A stretch of DNA of 64,000 nt, from contig CAZHIA010000006.1 of NCBI GenBank assembly GCA_964532425.1, positions 1,343 through 65,342 on the forward strand, written 5' to 3'. The notes under the pieces are model-generated. The model did no database searches and was not told where the DNA came from. It worked only from the letters and a program-made list of their open reading frames with translations. The DNA comes from an uncultured Candidatus Saccharibacteria bacterium. GTDB taxonomy: Bacteria > Patescibacteriota > Doudnabacteria > UBA920. A program made the position numbers and the translations under genes. Positions 19,753 through 28,056 of the stretch are shown in pieces. How positions within the stretch are numbered: the first letter of the stretch is position 1; each line of letters starts with the position of its first letter.

Positions 19753-19799
19753 GTGGCTGTCACAGCCATTCTTAGCTCACCTTCGGGTGGGCTTTTTTT
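19752..19799 (+). terminator. Tandem hairpins plus T7 tract after gene C
   Basis: TGGCTGTCACAGCCA and AGCTCACCTTCGGGTGGGCT followed by TTTTTTT. Confidence 0.55.
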
Positions 19800-19800
19800 C

Positions 19801-19867
19801 TTGACAATTGCCCGCTGATTTATTATGATTTACCGATATCTTATAAGGCATTTCGCTGTCATAAGAT
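19801..19867 (+). promoter_or_regulatory. Near-consensus sigma70 promoter plus operator-like palindrome for the gene D-E pair
   Basis: TTGACA (19801-19806), 17-nt spacer, TATGAT (19824-19829); downstream IR ATCTTAT-N16-ATAAGAT (19838-19867) before RBS GAAGGAGGGG. Confidence 0.6.
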
Positions 19868-19897
19868 AGGCATCTTAACAGTTTAGAAGGAGGGGAA

Positions 19898-21100
19898 ATG
19901 ACTGACTTACCCAAAAAACGGTCAGCGGCGCTGGAGGCTTCCCGCCTGCTCAATCAATTGACCGACACCGCAATAAAATTCGCTTGTGAGCAAGGAGCTC
20001 GCAAAAATTCGACCATGGAAATTGGGACTGTGCTGGCTCAGCATCTCAACGAACGGGAGAAAATCCAGGTGCGGCCCCATACGCTTGTCGAATTGCTCGA
20101 AGGCGCAAGGTTCCGGGGAGGGTCAAGTTTCATTATCCCATTTGGGAAAATGCTTGGCTGCCAGGACATTGCTGCCCGGCTGAGCGCGCTCTCGGAGCTG
20201 CTCGGTGACAGAATGGCAGGCGTCGCCACGTTCGGCGAAACGGAGATTGATTTTTTATTCGATCTTCTGGATGAGCGGCAGAAGCTTTCTTCGCAGATGG
20301 ACACCGCGGCGTTTGCCGGGTATTTTCATCCCTACCAACAAACCGTTGTCAACCTGTGCAATTATTCCAGGAGCGCCCTGACAAAGATGGGCGAGCATGG
20401 TTCAGAAGCGCGGCATATACGGAAGGTAATGGAAGAAAAACCATGGGACAAGGGCCAGCAACCGGATGCGCTGAATCAACCGAATGCGGCAGATCCGGAG
20501 TTGGTAGAACTACTGAATGACCTGCAAGGCAAAATGGGCAGGACTCAACTCAGTGCTGCGCTTGGAATCCACCGGGAAACCCTGGTCGCCCGCCTGGAAG
20601 GGAAGCGGGGAACCAAGATTAGCGACGAAGAGCTTATGAGAAAAGTCAAGGCTGTCTCAGCTGGGCTTGAAGGTGGTGAGAGACCGTCGCCGGCAGCAAC
20701 GCCGGTCCCGGTTTTCAGAACCCGCCAGGAAGACGTACAGGCACGAGTCGTTTTGCCTGCGGAAATTTCCGCAGCGAACGACAGTGGTCCCCGGTTCGTC
20801 CTTACCCCGCAAAATTTCCAGGAGCACCAGCGGAATCTGTGCATTGAATTCATCGGGCTTGCCAAGCGCCAGATGGAACTGGCGCGGCGCGCGCTCGACG
20901 AAGTTACCCAGCACCAGGATCCGGCCGTGCGCGCGTACATCCGCAGTCAAATGATGGGCGAGGTGCATGAAATGCATTTTGCCTTAGAACGTTTCAGCGC
21001 CGAACACCCGAACATTCTGCTCGAAACGCTCGAGGCGGAGCGCCAAGGATTCGAGTTGCATCGCAAACAGCAGGAACCAGCAGGAACCAGGAGAAAATAA
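19898..21100 (+). CDS. Hypothetical protein with internal helix-turn-helix (island gene D), translationally coupled to the GHKL gene
   Basis: 400 aa; strong RBS; HTH-like segment MGRTQLSAALGIHRETLVARLEG; stop TAA overlaps next ATG (TAATG); 10-bp tandem duplication CAGGAACCAG at 3' end. Confidence 0.6.
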   Translation: MTDLPKKRSAALEASRLLNQLTDTAIKFACEQGARKNSTMEIGTVLAQHLNEREKIQVRPHTLVELLEGARFRGGSSFIIPFGKMLGCQDIAARLSALSELLGDRMAGVATFGETEIDFLFDLLDERQKLSSQMDTAAFAGYFHPYQQTVVNLCNYSRSALTKMGEHGSEARHIRKVMEEKPWDKGQQPDALNQPNAADPELVELLNDLQGKMGRTQLSAALGIHRETLVARLEGKRGTKISDEELMRKVKAVSAGLEGGERPSPAATPVPVFRTRQEDVQARVVLPAEISAANDSGPRFVLTPQNFQEHQRNLCIEFIGLAKRQMELARRALDEVTQHQDPAVRAYIRSQMMGEVHEMHFALERFSAEHPNILLETLEAERQGFELHRKQQEPAGTRRK

Positions 21101-23151
21101 TGAAAAAGGTATTGAAAGTGATGAAAAGCGCGGCAGAGTACGTGACCATCAAGTGCGGACGCGGTTTTTTGAGCCGTCAGTTCGCTGGCACTACGTATTT
21201 GGCCGCTGCCACGGAATTGATCAAGAATCCCCGCGACTGGGGCGCAACCGCCATTTGGATCTGGGACAATATCCGTCCCAATCTGGTGCGGTTTGCGGAT
21301 AATGGCGTAGGAATGAACCCGGAAAACCAAACCGCGTTCTGCTCACTCAACGTTACCACGGCGACCAAGGTTTGGCAGGCTGGTCTCTACGATACGGGCA
21401 GCAAGAAGTTCCTGTTCGGTTTCTCCGAACGGGTCGATGTGCGCACCGTGTTCCAGGACGATCCGGATTACGTGAGCCAGTTCGCGCTAGTGACGGCGGA
21501 TTACGAAAACCAGGTCATGGGAAGCGCTCCGAATCAGATCCCGGTCACTCGCGTTCTAAAGACGCCGGAGACCTGGCCGTTCGATTTCCCGACCGGTACC
21601 GTCCTCGACTATACGTTGCGGGATCCCAAAAGCCGCGCCATTTTGCGCGGCAAGTCCCTGGCCGAAGCCATGAGCGCCCGATATCCGGATAAGTTCAAGG
21701 ACATTATCCAGATCAACGGCACGTTCATTCCAGGCAAGGGCGAGAACGCTAAGCTGTTCCATGTTGTGGAACAGCATCCGCAACTGGGACAGGTCTCCAT
21801 CGAGATCTACCAGGTTGCCAAAAAGCGGATTCGCGAAGAGATGCTCTTGCTGTCTGCCGGCGAGATTGGCGAAGTTCCGTTCTCGTCGTTCCTTTCCGGG
21901 CTCGGCGAACTGCAAGCTGACATCGATGACGTCTACGGCCTCGCTACCACAGCCGGCGTGATCCAGGTCCCGTATCTGAAGGAGTATATTAACGAGGACC
22001 GCAAGTCGCTCAACCCGCGCTTCATTGATGACAAGCGTACAATGCAGCTGTTGTTTCTGCTCAAGCGCTTTGCTCCGATCATTGAAAGCCGCTTGGGACT
22101 CCATCTCAAGCAGGATGAAGAACAGGCCGGCGGCCACCGCGTGGTCGACGAACTGATCACGCGGTGCAACAAGAAGTACAATCCCAAAGGCGACATTCCG
22201 CGGGATTTCCGCAAGCCTGATGATGTCGTACCTCCTCCTCCCGTCCGAGGCCCTGAAGAGGACGATGTCTTTGGCGGCACGGATGAGGACGAGCGCAAGG
22301 AAGGGGTGAAGATCGGCTGCCAGCGCGAGTATGAGGTTGGTGAACCGATCCAAATCCGTTTAGCGGTCTCCAAGAACCTGACGTTAGATCCGGCTAAGCT
22401 GAAGTGGCAAACGGACCATTCCCTGGCTAAGGATATTCGCAGTACCGACAAGGGGCTGGAAATGGTGGCAGCTCGCGAGGGCTACGCCAGGGTCAGCTTG
22501 GATGTGGTAGGCACGCCGTACAGCGCCAACTGCCACTATGTCGTGGTAGGGAAACGCAAGTTCAAACTGAGCTCGTCGCAGTCGGTTCTCAAAGTCGGCC
22601 AGTTCTTGAACATCATGACCATCAACTCTGACAAGCTGAAAGGCGAAGTTAAGTGGGAGATGGCCAAGGACAGCGTCGGCAAGCTGGAAGCTAATGGCAA
22701 GCGAGCCGTCTACTTTGCGACCCGCTGGGGCAAAGCCACGGTCTGGGCGTATGACAGCCTGAACCCAAAGGGTACCCGGGTGGCATGCGAGATCGACGTC
22801 ATCCGTCCTGATGACGAATATCTGACCATTCGGAATCACCATTTCCGCGTTCGGTTCACCGTGACCGAACAGGGAATGATGTACGAGCGCAAGCCGGTGG
22901 TCATTAAAGGGAGCTCGGCGGGGAAGGTGCATGACATCTTCTTCAATACCAAGCACCCGGCCTATGTGAAGGCCGATCAAACCGGTTCCTTGCAGGAATT
23001 TCTGCTCATGGAATTGGCGATCGAGTATGTCAGGTTCTGCAAGTTCGATCTGGAGCAGATCCATGTCGAAATGGCGAGCTTTGACGTCCCGGAAGCGTTC
23101 AGTGCAATCCAGAAGGAGGCTGATGTAATTTATCTCGAATTGAAAGAGTAA
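21100..23151 (+). CDS. GHKL/Bergerat-fold ATPase (MORC/Hsp90/MutL-like motifs) fused to two Big_2-like Ig domains (island gene E)
   Basis: 683 aa; N-box ELIKNPRDWGAT, G1 box FADNGVGMNPE, G2-like GLYDTGSKKFLFGF; two repeats of about 80 aa each matching the Big_2 pattern, ending ...GKATVWAYDSLNPKGTRVACEIDVI; no signal peptide. Confidence 0.65.
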   Translation: MKKVLKVMKSAAEYVTIKCGRGFLSRQFAGTTYLAAATELIKNPRDWGATAIWIWDNIRPNLVRFADNGVGMNPENQTAFCSLNVTTATKVWQAGLYDTGSKKFLFGFSERVDVRTVFQDDPDYVSQFALVTADYENQVMGSAPNQIPVTRVLKTPETWPFDFPTGTVLDYTLRDPKSRAILRGKSLAEAMSARYPDKFKDIIQINGTFIPGKGENAKLFHVVEQHPQLGQVSIEIYQVAKKRIREEMLLLSAGEIGEVPFSSFLSGLGELQADIDDVYGLATTAGVIQVPYLKEYINEDRKSLNPRFIDDKRTMQLLFLLKRFAPIIESRLGLHLKQDEEQAGGHRVVDELITRCNKKYNPKGDIPRDFRKPDDVVPPPPVRGPEEDDVFGGTDEDERKEGVKIGCQREYEVGEPIQIRLAVSKNLTLDPAKLKWQTDHSLAKDIRSTDKGLEMVAAREGYARVSLDVVGTPYSANCHYVVVGKRKFKLSSSQSVLKVGQFLNIMTINSDKLKGEVKWEMAKDSVGKLEANGKRAVYFATRWGKATVWAYDSLNPKGTRVACEIDVIRPDDEYLTIRNHHFRVRFTVTEQGMMYERKPVVIKGSSAGKVHDIFFNTKHPAYVKADQTGSLQEFLLMELAIEYVRFCKFDLEQIHVEMASFDVPEAFSAIQKEADVIYLELKE

Positions 23152-23163
23152 GTCGCAGTATGC

Positions 23164-23197
23164 CGCCTGGCTCCGCAAACGGAGCCAGGCGTTTTTT
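23164..23197 (+). terminator. Intrinsic terminator after gene E
   Basis: CGCCTGGCTCCG-CAAA-CGGAGCCAGGCG followed by TTTTTT. Confidence 0.75.
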
Positions 23198-23280
23198 ATT
23201 TTAGTGAGCTTACTGGCCGAATATCATGTTGATTGTAATTGCGGATTTTTTCCTATTCGGCAACAGACCTTAAACGCAAT

Positions 23281-23317
23281 AAAAAAGCCGCCCGCACAGA
23301 AAACGTGCGGGCGGCTG
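23281..23317 (-). terminator. Intrinsic terminator of convergent gene F (minus strand)
   Basis: AAAAAA-GCCGCCCGCAC-AGAAAA-CGTGCGGGCGGC; T-run on minus strand. Confidence 0.7.
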
Positions 23318-23322
23318 AATGA

Positions 23323-25170
23323 TTATACCTGAGCAGAAGCCTGACGGACCTTCCAACGCTGCTCCGTGAGCACGCGTTTTGATTCGTATGCCCTGCGGAT
23401 ATTGTCGATGGTCAGATCATGCTTGACCATGAGGTTGTACGCGTGCTGGAATTGGCCGGAGGTGAGCTTGATGGTGTTTCTTCTGGCTGACCGTTGATTG
23501 ACATCGTAGATCAGCCAGGTTTTTGTACTGAGTTCCCACCGCTTCTTGATCACCGGCGCCTTTTCGCCTTTGAGGTTCTCGGACTGCGTCGGGTCAGCCA
23601 CCATAGTTCGTAATACGGGAGCGAACGTACCGGCTTCATCCTTCGAACACTTTTTCAGGAGCTGTACCGTTTCGAGCAGCGAGTTGACACTGCTGCTGGC
23701 AATGAACTTGTCATTGCACGTGATGACGTATCCCGCACAGATGATCAGCTCGTAGAGTTCTTGCGCCCGTGCCTCGTCATACGACTCAGGAACGGGCAGG
23801 GGAATTTCGCTGCTTTCGTCCTCCAAATCCGCAAGCGGCGGTTGTGCTGATTGCGGACCGGAAGGCTCGGCAGCAAGAGGTGGCGTGAGCGGTTCCGGTT
23901 CCCGGAAGGTTTCAGATTCTCCGGGTTCCGATTGCGGTGCTGGTTCGGCCGGTTCGTGGGTCGGTTCGGGCTGGGGTTCTGCTTCCAAAATTTCTGGCAG
24001 CATTCCCAAATAGCGTTCCGTTGCCTGCACGACATCCGCCACATGCTCGGTCAATTGAGGTGGCGTGTAGAATAAGCGTTCGATGCTCGCGACGAGCAGT
24101 TCCAGTTCGTTGCCCAGGCGCTGGGGGCGCCAGTCTTCCGAAGCTGCGACAAGTTCGGCAAATTCATACTCATTCGTATCGATGTACTTGCCGGGCAGGA
24201 ACAGGTGAGGCGGCTTTAACACGCCGTTCTTGGCAAATTGCTGGTACCAGTCGAAGGTGCCGATCTGGGTGTGCCAATGCACCATAACCTGCTTCAGAAC
24301 GGTTGCATGCTGGTCGAGATCGTCGCGGATGTCGGTTTGGCTTTGGGTAAACAGCTGCTGAGCGTCTTTCTGCGCTTGCGCGATGGCACCCAAATGCCGC
24401 CGTGCCTCTTCCACTTGCTGTTTGAATCCCGGATCGGGCGGTGCGCCACCCAGTACGCAATACAACTCCTCGAGGAAACAGTTGTCTTTGAGTTTGAGGA
24501 ATTGGATGGCGTCGGCTACGCATTGGTTTTCCATGGTCAACATGGATTCCCAGTTCGCTTTAGCCGCTTCCGCGCGCTCTTTAAGCTCGGTGAGCTGCTG
24601 GCGCAGGGAAACGATCTCGTCGTGGGTAATGGCGATCCACTTGGCACAGTCGGCCCATGGTTTATAGATGACCAGCGCGATGCTGTCGGAATTCTCCAGC
24701 GCCTGCGTGGCGTTGTCATAGGCTACGGTCATGCCAGATGCGACTTGGTCGGTTTTGCAGAGCTTGTCGGCAATGGTGCTGATGCCACTCATGAAGCTGT
24801 ACAGTTTTTCCTTTAGCAAGGAAATTGCTTCCAGCTCATCGCTGTTCGCGATGGCCTGCAGGACCTGCTGAAGATTCAGAATGCCCATGAGCTCGGCTTT
24901 GACTAACTGGCCCGCTTCTCCGCACGTGTCGAGGATACCGTTGCACTGCTGCTCAAAATCATACAGCAGGTCAGTGAGTCCGTGAGTATCCATCGGGCGT
25001 TCGAAAAAGGTTTCTTGCCCGTTCACCCGCATGTATTTAAAGCTTTGTCCGCGGGCCGCTACGCGCTGAAACAACTGGAGCGTGCCGCGATCTAGGCGGC
25101 TGGCATCTACCTGCACATAATCGTACCCCTTCCCGTCGGGCGTGGGATACCTCAGGTAATAATTTTCCAT
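23323..25170 (-). CDS. Large hypothetical protein with acidic Pro/Glu-rich linker (island gene F)
   Basis: 615 aa; strong RBS AGGAGGGGG; low-complexity segment EPQPEPTHEPAEPAPQSEPGESETFREPEPLTPPLAAEP; no recognised domain. Confidence 0.55.
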   Translation of the reverse strand: MENYYLRYPTPDGKGYDYVQVDASRLDRGTLQLFQRVAARGQSFKYMRVNGQETFFERPMDTHGLTDLLYDFEQQCNGILDTCGEAGQLVKAELMGILNLQQVLQAIANSDELEAISLLKEKLYSFMSGISTIADKLCKTDQVASGMTVAYDNATQALENSDSIALVIYKPWADCAKWIAITHDEIVSLRQQLTELKERAEAAKANWESMLTMENQCVADAIQFLKLKDNCFLEELYCVLGGAPPDPGFKQQVEEARRHLGAIAQAQKDAQQLFTQSQTDIRDDLDQHATVLKQVMVHWHTQIGTFDWYQQFAKNGVLKPPHLFLPGKYIDTNEYEFAELVAASEDWRPQRLGNELELLVASIERLFYTPPQLTEHVADVVQATERYLGMLPEILEAEPQPEPTHEPAEPAPQSEPGESETFREPEPLTPPLAAEPSGPQSAQPPLADLEDESSEIPLPVPESYDEARAQELYELIICAGYVITCNDKFIASSSVNSLLETVQLLKKCSKDEAGTFAPVLRTMVADPTQSENLKGEKAPVIKKRWELSTKTWLIYDVNQRSARRNTIKLTSGQFQHAYNLMVKHDLTIDNIRRAYESKRVLTEQRWKVRQASAQV

Positions 25171-25214
25171 ACCCCCTCCTGTAAAGTTGTATAAGTGCCT
25201 CAGTTAAAATCTCT

Positions 25215-25269
25215 ATTCCCTAGAGCGGGAATATCAATAGACTATATGAGATTTTTGGCTGTTTGTCAA
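25215..25269 (-). promoter_or_regulatory. Candidate sigma70 promoter plus operator-like palindrome for gene F
   Basis: On minus strand TTGACA (25264-25269), 17-nt spacer, TATAGT (25241-25246); palindrome ATTCCC-TAGAGC-GGGAAT (25215-25232) in the 5' UTR; -35 overlaps miaA stop codon. Confidence 0.5.
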
Positions 25270-26258
25270 CACTCTTTGAGGAAGCGAAGGGCCAGCTTTT
25301 GAGCTTCGATTTTGGAGCCGACCCAGTGGATGTTTTTGTTTCGCTTAAACCAGGTCATCTGACGCTTGGCATAGTGGCAGATGGCGAGGAGGAGCTGGTC
25401 GAACATTTCATCGTACGAAAGTTTTCTTTGCAGATGCAAAGAAACGTATTTATATTCCAAGCCAAAATTTTCCAAACGCTTCCAGGAGATTCCGTGATCG
25501 TGAAGCTGTTTGATTTCTTTGACCATGCCCTGGTCAAGTCGCTCGATCAATCTTTTTTTGATGCGGGCATAGAGTTTGTCCTGGGGCCAGGTGATACCCA
25601 AATAAAGAACATTTGATCCGCCTGAGGCGGAGCTATTAACCTTCGACAGCTGAGGAACAGGTTTGCCGGTAGTGATGACAATTTCGAGAGCGCGGATGAG
25701 ACGGCGCGGGTTGTGCTGGTCGATTTCAGAAGCGCGGACCGGATCAAGCTTTTTCAGCCGATCGAATAATTGCACCGTCGTAAGGGATTCTAATTTTTTT
25801 CTTAATTTCGGATTTGGCGGAACTTCGGGAAGGATCTGTCCCATTGCCACGGCATCGACCCAGTGGCCGGTGCCGCCGCAGAGAATAGGGAGACGGCCAC
25901 GCGCAGTGATATCCTGAATGGCTTTCTCCGCGTCTTCCTTGAACAACGAAGCGGAATATTGCTTTTTGGGACTGACATAATCAATGCAGTAGTGGGGAAT
26001 ATGCTTATACACAAACATTTGACCTTTGACCTGTAACCTTTGACCCTTGCCTTTTTGCGGTATAGATCCTTCACTTCGCTCAGGATGGATGGCCGTCCAA
26101 CGGCCGTCCACTTTGCCGGTGCCGATGTCCATGCCTTTGTAAATTTGCCGGCTGTCGCAGGAAATTATTTCTCCGCAAAGTTTTTTCGCGAGAATAACCG
26201 CAAGTTCGGATTTCCCCGAAGCAGTCGGGCCAACAACGCAAATGAGAGGAATGTTCAT
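25266..26258 (-). CDS. miaA: tRNA dimethylallyltransferase MiaA with internal insertion of about 35 aa encoded by a dispersed repeat
   Basis: P-loop GPTASGKSELAVILA, DSRQIYKGMDIGTGK, IPHYCIDYV; segment QKGKGQRLQVKGQM is the in-frame translation of the repeat at 26016-26051. Confidence 0.85.
   Translation of the reverse strand: MNIPLICVVGPTASGKSELAVILAKKLCGEIISCDSRQIYKGMDIGTGKVDGRWTAIHPERSEGSIPQKGKGQRLQVKGQMFVYKHIPHYCIDYVSPKKQYSASLFKEDAEKAIQDITARGRLPILCGGTGHWVDAVAMGQILPEVPPNPKLRKKLESLTTVQLFDRLKKLDPVRASEIDQHNPRRLIRALEIVITTGKPVPQLSKVNSSASGGSNVLYLGITWPQDKLYARIKKRLIERLDQGMVKEIKQLHDHGISWKRLENFGLEYKYVSLHLQRKLSYDEMFDQLLLAICHYAKRQMTWFKRNKNIHWVGSKIEAQKLALRFLKEC
26016..26051. repeat. TGACATTTGACC-family repeat copy R2 inside the miaA coding sequence, in frame
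   Basis: CATTTGACCTTTGACCTGTAACCTTTGACCCTTGCC; reverse complement translates to GKGQRLQVKGQM within MiaA. Confidence 0.6.
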
Positions 26259-26298
26259 ACGTCAATACTTATAAGTTTTCAGCTTTATAGGAGGGTTA

Positions 26299-26988
26299 AT
26301 GCAAATTGCCTCGCTGGAAATTATTGAGACTCTGCACGACCAGGTGGTGCATGCATTATCGCTTGCCCGTACATTCCATTGCATAGTAGAGTTCCATGCT
26401 TTTGCAGCTGCTGATGGAAGCCTGGTGATTCCTTCCATAGTCAAGCCCCAGTCGCATGCGGCCTTGCAGACCCTTCAGGATCTGGTCGGGGAGCGGGAGC
26501 GGCTCGAAGCAGTATGCGGCAAGCGGCTCGTGAATCTGGTGCTGCACTTCCATACGCATCGCGGCGATGTCCGGCCTTCCTTGGGCGACTTTCTGTCCGG
26601 AGTGAATGTAAGCATGTTGCTGCATCAGTATGGGCCTGAACTTGGATTCGGCGAATCTTTCATTCCGCCGCGCTTTTGTATCGCCAACCAGCAAGGGCAG
26701 CTGTGTAACTACCATTTTACCCAGAGGGTGAAAGAGTTGCAACAGGTCAGGGAGCTTGTCCAGCAGCGCATGGAACGCCTGGCCGAGGAAGCCGGCTTGT
26801 CCAGTTTGCTGAGTGCGGAAGCGAACGATCTTTTTGAGGAAGACTTCCTGAGGAACCAACAGTGGTATATGCAGCATGCGAAGTATACATCCTGGATGCG
26901 CTGGCATTGGAATGTCGGAGTTTCGGTCTTAAGCTTCGGGTATGCGCTGTTACCGTTCAGTTTGCTCGGAGAAGCTATCGTGCTGTGA
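26299..26988 (+). CDS. Hypothetical protein
   Basis: 229 aa; RBS AGGAGGG 5 nt upstream; C-terminal hydrophobic helix; no motif. Confidence 0.45.
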   Translation: MQIASLEIIETLHDQVVHALSLARTFHCIVEFHAFAAADGSLVIPSIVKPQSHAALQTLQDLVGERERLEAVCGKRLVNLVLHFHTHRGDVRPSLGDFLSGVNVSMLLHQYGPELGFGESFIPPRFCIANQQGQLCNYHFTQRVKELQQVRELVQQRMERLAEEAGLSSLLSAEANDLFEEDFLRNQQWYMQHAKYTSWMRWHWNVGVSVLSFGYALLPFSLLGEAIVL

Positions 26989-27135
26989 GTTTTCTTCCGG
27001 CGTGCGGCGAATTCCGCCGAACACCCGCACCGTGCATGTTCATGCGCGGGCGTTTTTTTATTTCGCGTTTTTTTGCCCGGGTCATGGTTTCATCATACAA
27101 TTTCTTTCTCATGGTGTGATATACTAAATTATGCC

Positions 27136-27221
27136 AATCCGCCAGCTGGCGGAACAGATAGTAACAAATTTACAGATAACTACAGATTAACGTATTGGGA
27201 ATCCGTAGTTATCTGTAAATT
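27136..27221. repeat. Palindromic element containing shared 24-bp core (reverse orientation) and TTTACAGATAACTAC/GTAGTTATCTGTAAA inverted repeat
   Basis: AATCCGCCAGCTGGCGGAACAGAT is the reverse complement of ATCTGTTCCGCCAGCTGGCGGATT at 43090-43113. Confidence 0.45.
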
Positions 27222-27276
27222 GGTATACATCTGTATATCTGTTAACTAAATTATACCATTAACAAAACAAACTTCC

Positions 27277-27837
27277 ATGCGCAGAAAAAGAGGCAGAAAA
27301 ATACTGATTTTTGTGCTGCTCCTGATAGTAGCGGGAGTATTTGTCTATACGTACTATAAGCATGAGGCTAAAGCCCCGGTCGTGGAGCAAGCCCGAGACA
27401 AGAACCAGCAGCTTCCCGCACAGCAGCCGGATAATCGAAATGCAACCACAACCGCCCCTGCCACCGCAACGGGAACCGCACCTTCGGCAACGACAAAGTC
27501 CAAAGAACCTGCTCCTCAGCGTGGCTATGTCTCCGGAAGTTATAGTAATGGAGAAGAGGGGTCCGACGGATCAGGCATCCAAGTTCTTGGGATGAATTTT
27601 AACGGATCGGAGTTCGCTCCCACGTCACTCAATATCAGCGTGAATGATTATATCTTTTTCAAGAACACCGGCGCGACCGGTTTTTGGCCTATCTCGCCTG
27701 ACCATCCGGGCTTCGGTCCTTCCAAAGCGGTTTCCCCTGGCAGCACGTACCGGTTCCAGTTCTCCGAAGCGGGCACCTGGAAGATTACCGAGAAAAATCA
27801 CCCGAACGCGGCGGCAACTGTAATTGTCGTCAAATAA
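27277..27837 (+). CDS. Hypothetical membrane-anchored protein with beta-rich C-terminal domain
   Basis: N-terminal TM helix ILIFVLLLIVAGVFVY; Thr/Ala/Pro-rich linker; C-terminal domain, family not recognised. Confidence 0.4.
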   Translation: MRRKRGRKILIFVLLLIVAGVFVYTYYKHEAKAPVVEQARDKNQQLPAQQPDNRNATTTAPATATGTAPSATTKSKEPAPQRGYVSGSYSNGEEGSDGSGIQVLGMNFNGSEFAPTSLNISVNDYIFFKNTGATGFWPISPDHPGFGPSKAVSPGSTYRFQFSEAGTWKITEKNHPNAAATVIVVK

Positions 27838-28041
27838 TCATCTTTCTAGAATCACAAGGCCATCTCTTCATTAATGGAGGGGTGGTTTTGTAATTACCAA
27901 TAATGAAATACAATAGAAATAAGGTGGAAATACAGTAGTAATACAATAGCATTACTACTGTATTTGCATGTATTTCTATCGTATTTCTCGCTCGTTTAAA
28001 CGTGCAGTTCCATCAAAATAATTTTAGCTTTGCTTAAAAAA

Positions 28042-28050
28042 TGGTATAAT
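28042..28050 (+). promoter_or_regulatory. Extended -10 promoter element (TGGTATAAT) immediately upstream of holB; near-leaderless
   Basis: TGnTATAAT match 7 nt before ATG 28057. Confidence 0.4.
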
Positions 28051-28056
28051 TTATGC

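Noticed and set aside
21556-22353. 265-aa antisense ORF inside the GHKL ATPase gene (and similar long antisense ORFs inside clpC, secA, gatA, proS and pyrG in the ORF track)
   Set aside because: The sense frames carry unambiguous family motifs. The antisense ORFs lack start context and are expected by chance in GC-balanced coding DNA.
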